From Octopus sinensis (taxonomy: Eukaryota), in the NCBI RefSeq assembly GCF_006345805.1, contig NC_043003.1, positions 86,800,001 to 86,864,000 of the forward strand: DNA of 64,000 nucleotides, read 5' to 3'. A model generated the notes under the pieces. The model was not told the origin of the DNA and searched no databases. It was given only the letters and a program-made list of their open reading frames with translations. The translations under genes and the position numbers were made by a program. Of the stretch, positions 38,396 through 51,512 are shown one piece after another (position 1 is the first letter of the stretch; each line of letters starts with the position of its first letter).

Positions 38396-40167
38396 CTGTG
38401 TACAAAGAAAATATGTGATTAGGATTCTGATAACCAACAATGAGAGACTGATAAGTTAAAAGATGTAGATATAATATTAAATAAGATCTATTACAGAATA
38501 CTGTTTGTTGTTGCATGCAGTACATTACAGACAAATGTAGCTAAATTAATTTGTTTATAAGCAACATACTTAACTAAGAAATAGCACTTGCTTGATAACA
38601 AACAAAAGATATTGATCATAGTGAGCATTATTAAAAGTAACATCTTAATGCTTATTAACACCAAGAGCCACCATATGGTCACTTGACTTCCTAGAAATAC
38701 AAGCCATACCATACTATCTCAAAAAACGGACAAGAACACATTTGGATAATCAGGGTCGAAATACCTTTGGTCATACATCTACTTGCTCAGGGTTGTCCAG
38801 GGTTAAACAATAACCCTAATATGTAGCCTAATGAGGCGACATGTACCAGAGAGCCACAAAAAAATTGTGATTTAAATATCATCAACCTATGAGATAAATG
38901 GCTGTCATCATCATTTGACACCTGTTTTTTGTGATGGTATGGCTTGGGTAGTTCAACAGGAGTTGGTAATGCTGGAAGTCATACCCGGCTCCATTGTCCG
39001 TTTTGGCATGGTTTCTATAGCTGGATGCCTTTGCTAATACCAACCACTTTACAGAGTGTACTAGACAATTTTTACATGGCACTAGCACGATAATGGTGAG
39101 GACCTATAAATATTTCTCAAGAGATATGGACCAGTAAAAGATATCACAATCATTATCATCAACATCATTTGCTTTAAAATCCACTTTCCCCTGGTTACAT
39201 GGGTCAGATGGAATTCAATGAGACTCTCTGTAGCTGGATGCCCTTTCTGACACCAGCTCGCACTTGTTTCCAAGAAAGATAAGGGCACTGTCTTCAGAGG
39301 AAAAGCTTTAACTTGCTTGGATAGATGAGTGTTTTATATATATATATATATATATATATCATTGTTTAATATCTGCCTTCCATGCTAACATGGGTATATT
39401 CTTTTGTTTCAGTCATTTGACTGAACTCAGAACCATGTGGTTGGGAAACAAGATGCTTACCACACAGCCACTCCTGCGCCTATTTAAAAATGGGTAATGA
39501 GTATATATACCATATTTCAGGGGATTTTGCCCCTTCATCAGCACCCATCTATATATTTGTGTGCGTGTGTGCACATGTTGGCTTCTCACATGCTAATCAC
39601 TGCCATACAAGCAGTCACATTTGTTTGTGGTCTTCCATGAAACATGGCTGGACAACTCTTTTACTTGTTTCAGTCATTTGACTGTGGCCATGCTGAAGCA
39701 CCGCCTTTAGTTGAGCAAATCGACCCCAGGATTTATTCTTTGTAAGCCTAGTACTTATCCTGTTGCTCTGTTTTGCTGAACCGCTAAGTTACGGGGACAT
39801 AAACACACCAGCATCGGTTGTCAAGTGATGTTGGGAGGGGGACAAATACAGACACACAAACATACACACACACATATATATATATACGACAGGCTTCTTT
39901 CAGTTTCTGTCTACCAAATCCACTCACAAGGCTTTGGTCGGCCCGAGGCTACAGTAGAAGACACTTGCCCAAGATGCCACGCAGTGGGACTGAACCCAGA
40001 ACCATGTGGTTGGTAAGCAAGCTACTTACCACACAGCCACTCCTACGCCTAGGACAAGGGGAAAATATTATACTGCATGGAAACAGGTATGGATTGGTGA
40101 CTGGTTGAGCATGCAGCAGAAGAAAATTTGCCTCAACAAATCTCGTCTACTTATGGAAAAGTAGACA

Positions 40168-40396
40168 TTAACCCTCTAGTGTTCGCATTATTCTGCCAAA
40201 ATTGATGCCCTTTCATCCACATTGTTTTGAACTAATCATGCATTATCTTGTAGCTATGAGATTTTGATGAGGTAGCTGTTAACTTTTAAAACAATATTGT
40301 AGGGTTGGTGTGAGAGACTAGATCTGGCCAGTTTGAACATAGAACAGGCAGAATACTTTTGGCCGGATATGGCCGGTTTAAATGCTAAAGGGTTAA
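40168..40396. mobile_element. piggyBac-like MITE (TTAA target); other copies at 31002-31246 and 60651-60881
   Basis: TTAACCCT...AATGCTAAAGGGTTAA termini and a shared internal sequence in all three copies. Confidence 0.75.
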
Positions 40397-40605
40397 AACG
40401 ATGATGATGCCGTCTTGGTAGCTATCCACCAATGAAATAAAAATGACCCAAACAGAACTGTCTTGCCAAACGATACAATGGAGCAGGTACCACCAAATAT
40501 GATCCAAGAGTCAACAGCCAAATATTTCATCCCTTTGACTATTTTATAGCAACAGAGACATATATGGTGGAAACAAACAAACTTTCTGGTCAACAATGAA
40601 CTTAC

Positions 40606-40754
40606 ATCCAATCTATTTTGGTGGTTTTTAGTCTGCTGTTCCTGCTGCTTTAGACGCTGAAGGAGTTCATCAAATCCAACAATAGGAACTGGTATAAAGT
40701 TATCCGGATCTGGATTGTCTTTTTTAGCCTGCTGCCACAATAATGGATCAATGC
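40606..40754 (-). CDS. NUP54: Nup54 exon 7
   Basis: GIDPLLWQQAKKDNPDPDNFIPVPIVGFDELLQRLKQQEQQTKNHQNRLD, the conserved Nup54/Nup57 motif; 149 nt; GTAAGT donor. Confidence 0.97.
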
Positions 40755-43119
40755 CTGCAAAGAGAAAGATCAGTAATATTAACTGCAAAAGACAGAACTG
40801 TCTGCAACAAGTGGGACAAACAAAAAATAAACACAGAGTTGACAACAAGGAGGTTGATAATGTGCAGAAAGAAGAGTTGGAGTTGAGATATATCTGAACG
40901 TTTTTTGGAATGTAGTGTGGCAGTGTGATCTTTCAAGAAGCTTTCAATCCAAGAAACAGATGAAACCCACAGATGAGCAGCTTACCTTGAGATTTTTATG
41001 CCAAATATGGCCAAAAATATTGCTGATGTCAGGTACAAAATTCTTTTCACTGGTCTTTTATGTGCAACAGAAGCGGTATTAGTTTAAAATAGCAATCTAC
41101 ATATCCTACTAAAGCAGATACATTGTTGAAAGCCTAATTAACTGCAGTATTTTTCCTGCAAATACAATATTAAGAAACACAAAAACATATCAGTAACTAC
41201 TACCACTATTAAATGATTTTCGTCTGCTACTGACTTATTTTTGTGTTTTTTAATGTTGTATGTCTATAAGAGATATTATATCAGGACAATTACCACAATT
41301 AATTAGACTTTCAACGATGGATCTGCTTTAAGTATGATACACAGATTACTATTTTCACGGTATTTCTCAAGGTTGAATGACACAGGAGAGTGAGTCTCTA
41401 GTAGACATGGCTTTATGGAGAGTTTACGAAAAAAACAAAAGACGAAGACAGGTGGTGTCCAAAACAATCAGATGTATTAGTATAATGCTCAGGAAGAGAA
41501 AAAGTCTTTCACGTTTCGAGCCTACACTCTTCTACAGAAAGGGACACAGCAAAAACAAAGAGAGAAAAAAATGTGTGTAGTGGCTAACGATCTATCATGG
41601 TTTTATGGAAGCTGTACTAGTTGGACAGGGATTACAATGTTGAAGAAAGAGAAAGTTAATGAGTGATTCCTTCAACAGTGAAATGTTTAGACATCAGAAC
41701 AATAAGTCAACAGATGGTTGTCTTCGAGCAGCTGCCATTCTTAGTCATGTGACACACTGTAGCAGATTTCCACAAATTAAGATAAAAATATTGAAGAGGA
41801 GACAAAGACAGGAGTTAGCTCTACAATACATTAATTAAGGGTTATGAAAGGAATACTGTCATGGCTGGTAGTCTTGTTGATTTGATGAGAATACAAATAT
41901 TTTTGCACTTAGTGCCCTTGTGACCATAATGACAGAGCTGCTAGAATGGAGAAGAAATGCATAAACGGGTTTATTTTCTTGTATGCACAATGTGATGATG
42001 GATAGAATGTGGGCAGTAAAACTTGACACTTTGCCCTTTCAAGTTCTGTTTCCAGACAGATCTCTATGATAAATGAGCAAAAGGGATGGGCTTCAATTTG
42101 TGAGGGAGTAGGATTTTGTAGTTCTTTCTGATCCATGCAGAGTTTCTTTTCTATTTTAGATGACAGTATTGCAGGTAGTAAGACAAGTGTTGCAGAGAGT
42201 TCAGGTTTGTGAAAGATTCAGCTTCTGTGTCAGTAGGACTGGTGTGCAACAAATGCAACAGACAAGAAGAGTTGAAAACATTGAAGTTGTAACTTAATAA
42301 TAAAGTAGCCCTGAGAGAATCAACCTATGATCAAAAGTGTACCAATCACAACAACCTACCCTGTTTGTAAATTTAAGACTGTATTGTTCAATGATGAGAT
42401 TTTACCATTTTTTAAAGAGAGGCTTCCGTGCCAGTGGCACTTAAAAGGGCACCATTTGAGTGTGATCGTTGCCAGAGCAGCCAACTGGCTCTGTGACGGT
42501 GGCACGGAAAAGGGCACCATTCGAGCGTGATAGTTACCAATGTCGCCTTACTGGCACCTGTGCCAGTGGCATGTGTAAAAAGATTCAAGCGAGGTCATTG
42601 CAAGTACCGCCTGACTGGCCCCGTGCCGGTGGCACGTAAAAAGCACCCACTACACTCTCGGAGTGGTTGGTGTTAGGAAGGGCATCCAGCTGTAGAAACT
42701 CTGCCAGATCAAGATTGGAGCCTGGTGCGGCTGTCTGGTTCGCCAGCCCTCAGTCAAAATCATCCAACCCATGCTAGCATGGAAGGCGGACGTTAAACGA
42801 TGATGATGATGATGATGTGTGATTTGGATGCTATTTCTAGCAGCTTGAGTAACAACACAGAGAACTCCACTGCAAAGGATGATGATTTCAGAAAGAGATG
42901 ATATGGGATAGGCATCCTTGATGCAAGACAAGAGAAGGTCAAAGAGTTGTTGTCAAAAAATATTTATTGGATATTTTTTTAATTCCTACAAGATATTTTA
43001 CTTAAATTATTGTGAGATTTAATAAACAATATACTAGTTTCATTGAAGATGAGAAAATAAACATTTAAACACCTTTCTGAAAGCAAAACTTTGGCACAGG
43101 ACTTCAAGAAAGTTCCTAC

Positions 43120-43322
43120 CTGCTAATGGATTATCTAAATACTGCTTCAGTTGTTCAGGTGTAAGGGCTTGTTTTGAAAGGATGTGTTCAACATTGAGAG
43201 GATTTTCAGACAATCTTTTCTTTATTGTTGCATCATTTAAATGCTCAACTACTTTGGAAGTTGGGAAACATCGTTTTTGGCCAGTCATTTGCCGTTCTTC
43301 AATATACATAACCATCTCTGTC
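43120..43322 (-). CDS. NUP54: Nup54 exon 6
   Basis: TEMVMYIEER...LTPEQLKQYLDNPLAG; phase 2 in, phase 1 out; 203 nt; canonical sites. Confidence 0.94.
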
Positions 43323-44138
43323 CTGAAATTAGACAATTTAAATACTCAATACTGAATGCAAAATTCAACACAAGAAAGGCTTTACGATTTAAAAGACTTT
43401 AAATCTATTTAATAAAGGCATATACTAGCTGTAAAACTATTTGACAGCTATTGTATTGTGACTCTAAAAGTTTCACAATTCTGTTTGCTTCAGTATGCCT
43501 GTTTGAGAAAAGGTATCCATCAAAGTTCAGAGCAGCAATAGTAACAATACCATATTTCACTATGGCTTTTGGGATGACTACGGGAAAAAAAAGCATCTGA
43601 CAAACAATGGGCAAATATCAAAATTCAAAATATACTTGTCACAACATTACAAAAAGATATGTGTGTGTGTGTGTGTGTATACATACACACACACTCCAAT
43701 TACTCTCTCACCACTATCAAGGCACTGTTGTTTCTATCTCCTCGCCGAGAGCTGTTATGTAGCTGTCTAACACACTTCCACTTTTCTTCCTTCACTCTTT
43801 TCATCTAGACCTTCTTCTATGACTACAACCCAGTTGTGGGGTCAAGAATAGACTAAATGAATAGAGACAAGGTAGTGAAGAGAAGACAATCAATTGTTGA
43901 TAACAAGACTCTAGTGTCAGTTACATGATACAATGCACCCAGTAGACAATGTAACACGTTTAGCAATAGGAAGGGTATCCAGCCATACTATCATGGCAAA
44001 AATGGAATGTACAATCAAGATGTGGTCTCCCAAGGGCGAAAATTGTTAATAAGAACTGACAAAGACTATGATAACTTATCCTACCCATTCCAGCATGGAA
44101 AATCAGACATAAAAATGATAAATTCAAGAATTCTTTAC

Positions 44139-44326
44139 CTGTTATCAGGCCACGGTTTTACTCCTTTAATGCACACAGAATATGATGGCTTGCCACCAAG
44201 AATCTGATATATGGTATCGCCAAAAAGTTTTTGGTTTATTAATACTTCACTATATGGTTTTTTCAGTACCAATCCAACAAGGCCATCTTCATCTTTTGTC
44301 TGAGGATTGCAGCTGTAACTGATTGC
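44139..44326 (-). CDS. NUP54: Nup54 exon 5 (alpha/beta domain)
   Basis: AISYSCNPQTKDEDGLVGLVL... similar to Nup54 AVGYSCMP..KDEDGLVVL; CAG acceptor, AG|GTAAAG donor; 188 nt. Confidence 0.95.
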
Positions 44327-45641
44327 CTGTGGAAGAAATACAAACAATGAAGAATACTAACAAAGAAAACTAATATAAGACATTACATAGTAGAGGAATG
44401 AATTAATGCATTACATGGAAACACATTTAGTCTTCCAATGAAGTAAATGAGGGACAGAGAGAGGGTATATCTGTTTACTGAATGTTAATTTTACTACACA
44501 ACTTATAAGAAACATTTTAAACAAGAAAGGCAAAACAAGAGAAATGTAGCACTTGATAAAAGACCAATTAGCAGAGCTGTTGAAATGCTAACTATCGTTA
44601 GAATTAATTTTGTAAATCAATCAAAATGACCAAACATTGATCCTTTAAGTGCATCCTGTTTGTAACTTCATAACAGGTACAGATATGGCCATGTGGCGAA
44701 GAAGTTTCCATTGCAACAATGTAGTTTCAAGTTCAGTTCCACCATATCGTACATCATTATCATCATCGTTTAACGTCCGCTTTCCATGCTAGCATGGGTT
44801 GGACGAATGACTGAGGTCTGGCGAACCAGATGGCTGCACCAGGCTTCAATCTTGATCTGGCAGAGTTTTTATAGCTGGATGCCCTTCCTAACGCCAACCA
44901 CTCCGAGAGTGTAGTGGTCCAGGCTCCATCCAGGCATGGTTTCTATGCCCTTCCTAATGCCAACCACTTTAGAGTGTGCTGGGTTCTTTTATGCAGCATT
45001 GGCACAGGTGTGTTTACGTAGCACCAACACCCATGAGCCTGCAAGATTAAGAATGTTCAACTGGTGAGGGATGCAGGGCACATGCATCCCTCTCCAGCAG
45101 AGTGTTCCTAATATTGCTGGCTCATGGGTGTTGGTGCCATGTAAAAAGCACCTGTGCTGATGCTGCGCCTGAACAAAATCCATTATAACTGTGACAAGAA
45201 GTATACTTCCAAACCACATAGTTTTGGGTTCAATCCCACTGCATAGTACCTGGGACAAATGTTTTTTACTACAGCCCCAGGTCAAACAAAGCCTTGAGAG
45301 TAGATTTAGTAGACAAAAACTGAAAGAAGTCTGTCATGTGTGTATGTGTTATTCATCACTTGTTGCCAAGCAGTGATGGAGGACAGACAGACAGACATAG
45401 TGTTGGTTTGTTTACAGCCCCATAACTTAGCAGATCAGAAAAAGAGGCTAACAAAACAAGTACCAGGCTTATAATAAAATTAAGTACAGGGATTGATTCG
45501 TTCAGCTAAAATCCTTCAAGACAGAGCCCCAGCATGGCCGCAGCCCAATGACTGTAATAAGTAAAAGATAAAAGACAAAGCTAGCAATGCATTGGAGAGA
45601 TAAGGGAAGAGAGCATGGAAACACTCCATAACAATACTTAC

Positions 45642-45862
45642 CTTAAAACGACAAAGCAAATTTTCTGATGTTAGATCGACAAAACCGTTTGAATCAAAAT
45701 ATGCACGACCTGTGCCCCAGTAAGCCTGCAACTGGTTCCATTTAGCAATGATAGCATCCCTCTCATCATTGAAGATATGTGGCATCATCACAGCTTTAGC
45801 AAGATTATCCAGTTGATTGGCAACATTTGCTTGCTGCTGCTGTTGCTGTTGAGTCTGTGTGT
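45642..45862 (-). CDS. NUP54: Nup54 exon 4
   Basis: DERDAIIAKWNQLQAYWGTG...ENLLCRFK matches the Nup54 signature DERDAILAKWNQLQAFWGTG; TAG acceptor, AAG|GTAAGT donor; 221 nt. Confidence 0.97.
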
Positions 45863-47182
45863 CTAAAAGCAAAAAAAAAAAAAATGATTGAATGTAGTTC
45901 AAAGAAGTCACAGATAGCTGAAGGAGATAACAGCCATACATCATCATCATCATCATCGCTTTAACATCCCCTCCTATTTAACCCTTCCCAATTTTTATTA
46001 CTCTCTAACTTCCTGATATTAATTTCCTCTTCCCTAATAGCACTGGGAAAGTTGTTGAAAGTAAATCCAATAACAAATGTCCTGGATCCTAACAAGCAGT
46101 TGGACCCATGCTGGCAAGGTAAGAAGACTGACCCATTCCATGAATTTAATCTGTGTCTTTACTACTCTGTCTCCTTCCCACTCTCCTTTGCACTACCTTT
46201 GACATTACTCTTCCACTTCCCATCTCTTCTGTCACCTTTACTATCACCCCCATCACTGTTCCCTCTCTTATCCTTTCCATTACCATCCTCTCACAACAAT
46301 AAATCTGTTCCTTCCATAATGGGGTCCTCTCTTTGGTTTTGCAGACTATCCCATTTATGATGGTGCCTCTAAAAAAACACCCAATACACTATGAAGTGGC
46401 TGGTGTTACAAAGAGAACCCAGCCTTAGAAATCATGCCAAAAATGAAACATTGAAGCAAGACATGGTCCTCCAGTACCCTGAATTTTATCAGACTGTCCT
46501 ACTGATGCCAGCATGGAAAGTAGACATAAAATTATTATTGTTATTCAGGAGGCAAGCTGGCAGAATCAGTAGAATACTGGGCAAAATAGTTAGTGGCATT
46601 TCATCAGCTTTTATATTCTGGGTTCAAATTCCTCTGAGGTTGACTTTGCCTTTCATCCTTTCAGGACTGATGAAATAAGTATTAGTTGAGAACAGTCAAT
46701 GTAATCGACTTTCCCACCCAACAAAATTGCTGGCTTTGTACCAAAAATAAGATAACTATTATTATTAATAAGGCGGCAAGCTGGCAGAATCATTAGCACG
46801 CCAGGAGAAATGCTTAGCGGTATTTTGTCCGTCTTCATTTTCTAAGTTCAAATACTGTTGAAGTCAACTTTGCCTTTCATCATTTCGGAGTCGATAAACT
46901 AAGTACCAGTTAAACACTGGGGTCAGTATGATTGACTTACCCCTTCCCAAAATTCGAAATCATTATTATTATTATCATCAAGAAGGCAGTGAGCTGACAG
47001 ACTCATTAGCATGATGGGCAAAATGGTAAGCAGCATTTTTTCTGGCTTTATGTTCTGAGGTCAAATTCTGCAGAGGTCGACTTTGCCTTTCATCCTTTCA
47101 GAATTGATGTAATCAAATAGATTCCTCCCAAAAAAATTTCAGGCTTCATGCCTATAGTGGAAAAGGTTATTGTCATTATTGT

Positions 47183-47551
47183 GGAGGCGCAATGGCCCAG
47201 TGGTTAGGGCAGCGGACTCGCGGTTTCAATTCCCAGACCGGGCGTTGTGAGTGTTTATTGAGCGAAAACACCTAAAAGCTCCACGAGGCTCCAGCAGGGA
47301 TGGTGGTGATCCCTGCTGTACTCTTTCACCACAACTTTCTCTCCTACTTCCTGTTTCTGTTGTACCTGTATTTCAAAGGGCCGGCCTTGTCACTCTCTGT
47401 GTCACGCTGAATATCCCCGAGAACTACGTTAAGGGTACACGTGTCTGTGGAGTGCTCAGCCACTTACACGTTAATTTCACGAGCAGGCTGTTCCGTTGAT
47501 CGGATCAACTGGAACCCTCGTCGTCGTAACCGACGGAGTGCTTCCAATCCA
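47183..47551 (+). mobile_element. tRNA-derived SINE family D, full length with TSD; other copies at about 61205-61515, 15710-15890, 21105-21175 (-)
   Basis: A-box TGGCCCAGTGG and B-box; 14-bp TSD ATTGTCATTATTGT (47169-47182) / ATTGTCATTATCGT (47552-47565). Confidence 0.85.
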
Positions 47552-47906
47552 ATTGTCATTATCGTTAAAAAGCAGCAAGCTGGCAGAATCATTAACATAA
47601 CAGACAAAATGTTAAGCAGCATTTCCTCCAATTTTACATTCTGTGTTCAAATTCCACCAAAGTTGACTTTACCTGTCATCCTTCTTTTGGCTAGATAAAA
47701 TAAATACTGTACCAGTCAAGTACTGAGGTTGATGTAATTAACTTCCCCTTCTCCACAAAAAAACTGCTGGCCCATTGCCATAATTTGAAATCATTATAAT
47801 AATTATTAAAAAAACACTTAATTTTTCACATTGTTCACAGAGTTAAATAACAATTTGTAGATCTTAATTACATGATGATTAAAAGCAATAAATTTATAAT
47901 ATTTAC

Positions 47907-47996
47907 GTCCAAAGAGTGATGTTGCTGCAGGAGTGGTCCCAAATGCATTGGTGGCACCAGTACTTGCAGTACTGAATCCTCCCAAGGTATTGAAGG
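47907..47996 (-). CDS. NUP54: Nup54 exon 3 (AFNTLGGFSTASTGATNAFGTTPAATSLFG)
   Basis: Long T-tract acceptor, GTAAAT donor, 90 nt, phase 1-1, FG motifs. Confidence 0.88.
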
Positions 47997-48689
47997 CTTT
48001 AGGAGAAACAAAAAAAAAAAGGAAATTACATTAATATATTGATACAAATTAATGAGATTATTAATACAAATTATTCATAAACATTATTATTATTGGTGAT
48101 GAATTGGCAAAATCATTAAAGGATCGAATGAAATACTTAGTACTTGGTTACAACTCTTTCATATTCAGTGTTCAAATCCAGCTGAGGTCAACTTTGCTTT
48201 CAACCTTCTGGGCCAATAAAATAAAGTACTTCCTGCATCACAAAATTTAGCAGGACAGAATGCTTAGCGGTGTTTCACCCATCACTACATTGTGAGTTCA
48301 AATTCCGCCAAGGTCAGCTTTGCCTATCATCCTTTCAGGGTCAATAAATTAAATACCAATGAAACGCTAGGGTCAATATAATCAACTAGTCCCCTGCCCA
48401 GAATTTTCAAGCCTTGTGTTTTTAGTAGAAAGGATCTTCATCATTATTATTATTATTGTTGTTGTTGTTGTGGCAAGCTGGCAGAATCGTTAGCACACCA
48501 GGCAAGATGCTTAGCAGCATTTTGTCTGTCTTTACATTCTGAGTTCAAATTCTGCTACAGTCGACTTCACTTTTCACCCTTTCAGAGTCGATAAATTAAG
48601 TACCAGTGGAGTACTGGGGTCGATGTTGGTGAACAGTCAATGGCATTGGAGAGCATAACGATTTAGGTTGTAGTGGATTAGAAGCCACC

Positions 48690-49240
48690 TGAATATCGAA
48701 AAAGACTATCATGACTGCTGCTCAATGCTCTGTGAACACTGTAAAGGCAGTAAGATGTGACATGGACAGCTACAATAGAGACTACAAAGGGACAGAGCAG
48801 GTGTTCTAACTGGGACCACATACCAAAATTCATCCAACAGCTGATGAACAGAGCCTTAGACTCAGTTCAGACAGCTATGTCAAGCTGATAAAGACTGTGG
48901 CCAAACCCTGGCTGGAGAGGGTTGTTGCTGGAAGGCCATGTGTGAGGCAACAGGATTTAGCTCTTTGCCATACCTCTGTAAAGAGTCGAATGTGACTGTC
49001 AGAGAATTTCTATGACTTCACCAGCACCAATTTCTGGCTTAATTCCTCCAATTGTAATCCCATAGATTACTATGTGTGAAGTGTGGTTGAGAAAGACACC
49101 AACTGCTCTGCATGCAACACCAAGGCCAAGAAAGTGTTCAAAGACCTCAAGGACACAGTAAGGATTGCATGTACCAGTTTATGAAGCCATTTCAAGGCTG
49201 TGGTGGAAGCTGAGGATGGCTATTTTGAGTAAACAATTAT
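48690..49240 (+). mobile_element. Tc1/mariner-superfamily (maT/DD37D-like) transposase remnant
   Basis: KPWLERV..RP.V.QQD...H, FW..SS.CNP.DYYV, F.AVVEAEDGYFE*. Confidence 0.65.
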
Positions 49241-49644
49241 CTCCTAGCTATAATAGTTGACATTTTTTGATTTTTTTAAATTTTCATTATCATCATCATC
49301 ATTTAACATCCATTTTCCATGGTGGCATGGGTTGGACAGTTTGACTGAAAATTCATAAATTGGGGATCTGCACCAAGTTCCAATCTGAAATGGCATGGTT
49401 TCTACATCTGGAAGCCCTTTCTAATGCCAGCCACTCCAAGAGTGTTGTGGGTGCCATTTGCAAGACACCAGCATCAGCCACAATTACAATCTCACTTAGC
49501 TTGACAGGTCTTCTCAAGCACAGTGTATTGCCAAAGGTCTCAGTCACTTGTCCCTGACTCCAAAAGGCCCAAAATTTGTAGGAAACTGAAATTCCAATTA
49601 ATACAACAGGGATATATTATGAAATTAACATTAGAGAAACTCAC

Positions 49645-49683
49645 CTGAAGTTCCTGTTCCAAGAGTAGGAAATCCTTTTAATC
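49645..49683 (-). CDS. NUP54: Nup54 exon 2 (39-nt microexon GLKGFPTLGTGTS)
   Basis: Polypyrimidine tract + AAG acceptor, CAG|GTGAGT donor, open in phase 1-1. Confidence 0.75.
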
Positions 49684-51283
49684 CTTTATGAAAAAAAAAG
49701 AAAATTTATTGTAAAACCCAAATAAAATTGAAAGTCATCAACAATATTCATTAATTACCAAAATATTAATAAGAATTCTAAAACACTTTATTTTATCAAC
49801 ACTGAAAAGCAATTTTGTCTTATATTCAAACAAATTTGCCAGTTTTCCAACCTTGTAAACAAGGGCAAGTTTCTGTTTTCAACATTAATCAACAATCATA
49901 TTGAAACGTGAATAAAATGATTTGATTGAAGACACCATTAGCATCTACACAAGAACCTTTATTTACTTGCTCAAGCTAAGAGAAACAGCAGTAAAATTTG
50001 CTTTAACACATCCTGCCAACTTCATAAAAGAAACACTTTAGATATCATAGTTTGTAGTACAATTACCTGGTAAGAAAATACCACAGCTTGAAAGCCTTTG
50101 GCCTGCTTGATCAGAGCCAACTTGGAACAAAACAACAAATACCAATGGCAAAACCTACTTAAACCAACACACCATTAAAACCATAACTAAGCTGTGCAAC
50201 TAAGCCCACCCGAGGTATCCGTCTTATAGTTTTCCACCAAAACTGCAACATTTAAAACTTCATAATATTGTTTAAGCTGCGGTCTGTCCTATGATCAAAG
50301 GACATTCCAATCAAAAGCATCCCGTCATTTTTCAATCCTATTATATATTCAACTACATTATCCAATGTGCCTTATTTGCAGACGCTAGGATGTGACCGGG
50401 GGGAGATTTGGCTGTTATTTCTTTTATGAAGTTATCCTACTGAGGTTGCCCAGATTTTCCGTACGAGAAGCGGTCTATATAGATTCAGTTCGAATGTCTC
50501 ATATCGATCTCTCCAATATCTAGGCGTTACACGGACTTCGGCTCATTGTCCTATTTTATTGATTTCTTCCAAATTTTGACACAAGGTCTGCAATTTTGAG
50601 AGAAGGGAGCAGATCGATTACATCGATCCTAGTACTCGACCTCGAGATGATGAAAGGCAAAGTCGATTTTGGTAGGAGTTGAACTCAGAACATAAAGAGC
50701 CAGAAGAAATGTCGCTAAGCATGTTGTCCGACGTGTTAACGATTCTGCCAGCTCAGCATCGAAACCAAATTAAAATTTTCTGAAATTTATCTATTAATGT
50801 GATTTATTATCGTTATTTTTCTGATCTACAAATGACAGTAAATACTCGATATACACAATGTTCCTCCTATAGCACTCACAGAATGGCAAAAATTCGGACT
50901 GATAATATAAACAAAAGAAAAATTAAGAGGTACTACAAGCGAACAGTGGTCCCACTGCGCGTAAGATTTCGAGTAGAGAAGAAAGGTACACACGATGACA
51001 CTTGCTTAATAATGAATACTGGTATGGCACATGGTGCTCAAGTATATTATTATAACTGTGGTTCACATTCAGAACAAACATTTCGTTCATTTTTCAGAGA
51101 ATTATTTAGTATCAATATAATCTACAATGGATAATCAAAAGTGAATAAATAATAATGTAAAAAAAAATAATAATAAAAACAAATAAAGCAAATAGAAATG
51201 TAGCCAAAATACATCGAATTAACAACAATTAATAAATATGACAAATGATTTTGGTTAAATTAGTAACAAAAATGTATTTTTAC

Positions 51284-51512
51284 CAGAAGGGGTGGTAGAA
51301 GAGATGCCAAATGTGAAGGAATTTGTGGTAGCTGTTTGTCCCGTAGAAGTTGTTGATGATGAAAAAATACTTGATGCAGCCGCCGGTTGGGCGGCAGTGG
51401 ACGCTGAAAAAAGACTGGGGACCGAAGACTGTGCAGTTGTTGTCGAAGCAAATATTGAAGGTGTAGAAAACGGTTGCGCTGCCGGCGTGGTGGAGCCAAA
51501 TTTGAACGCCAT
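51284..51512 (-). CDS. NUP54: Nup54 exon 1 (S/T/A-rich N-terminal FG region)
   Basis: ATG at 51512; MAFKFGSTTPAAQPFS...SFTFGISSTTPSG; donor G|GTAAAA; 229 nt, ends phase 1. Confidence 0.9.

Noticed and set aside
47183-47240. tRNA genes suggested by A/B boxes (also at the heads of SINE A, C and E)
   Set aside because: No complete cloverleaf; each continues into a SINE body and tail
50799-51134. 111-aa plus-strand ORF antisense in Nup54 intron 1
   Set aside because: AT-rich, no recognisable domain, expected by chance
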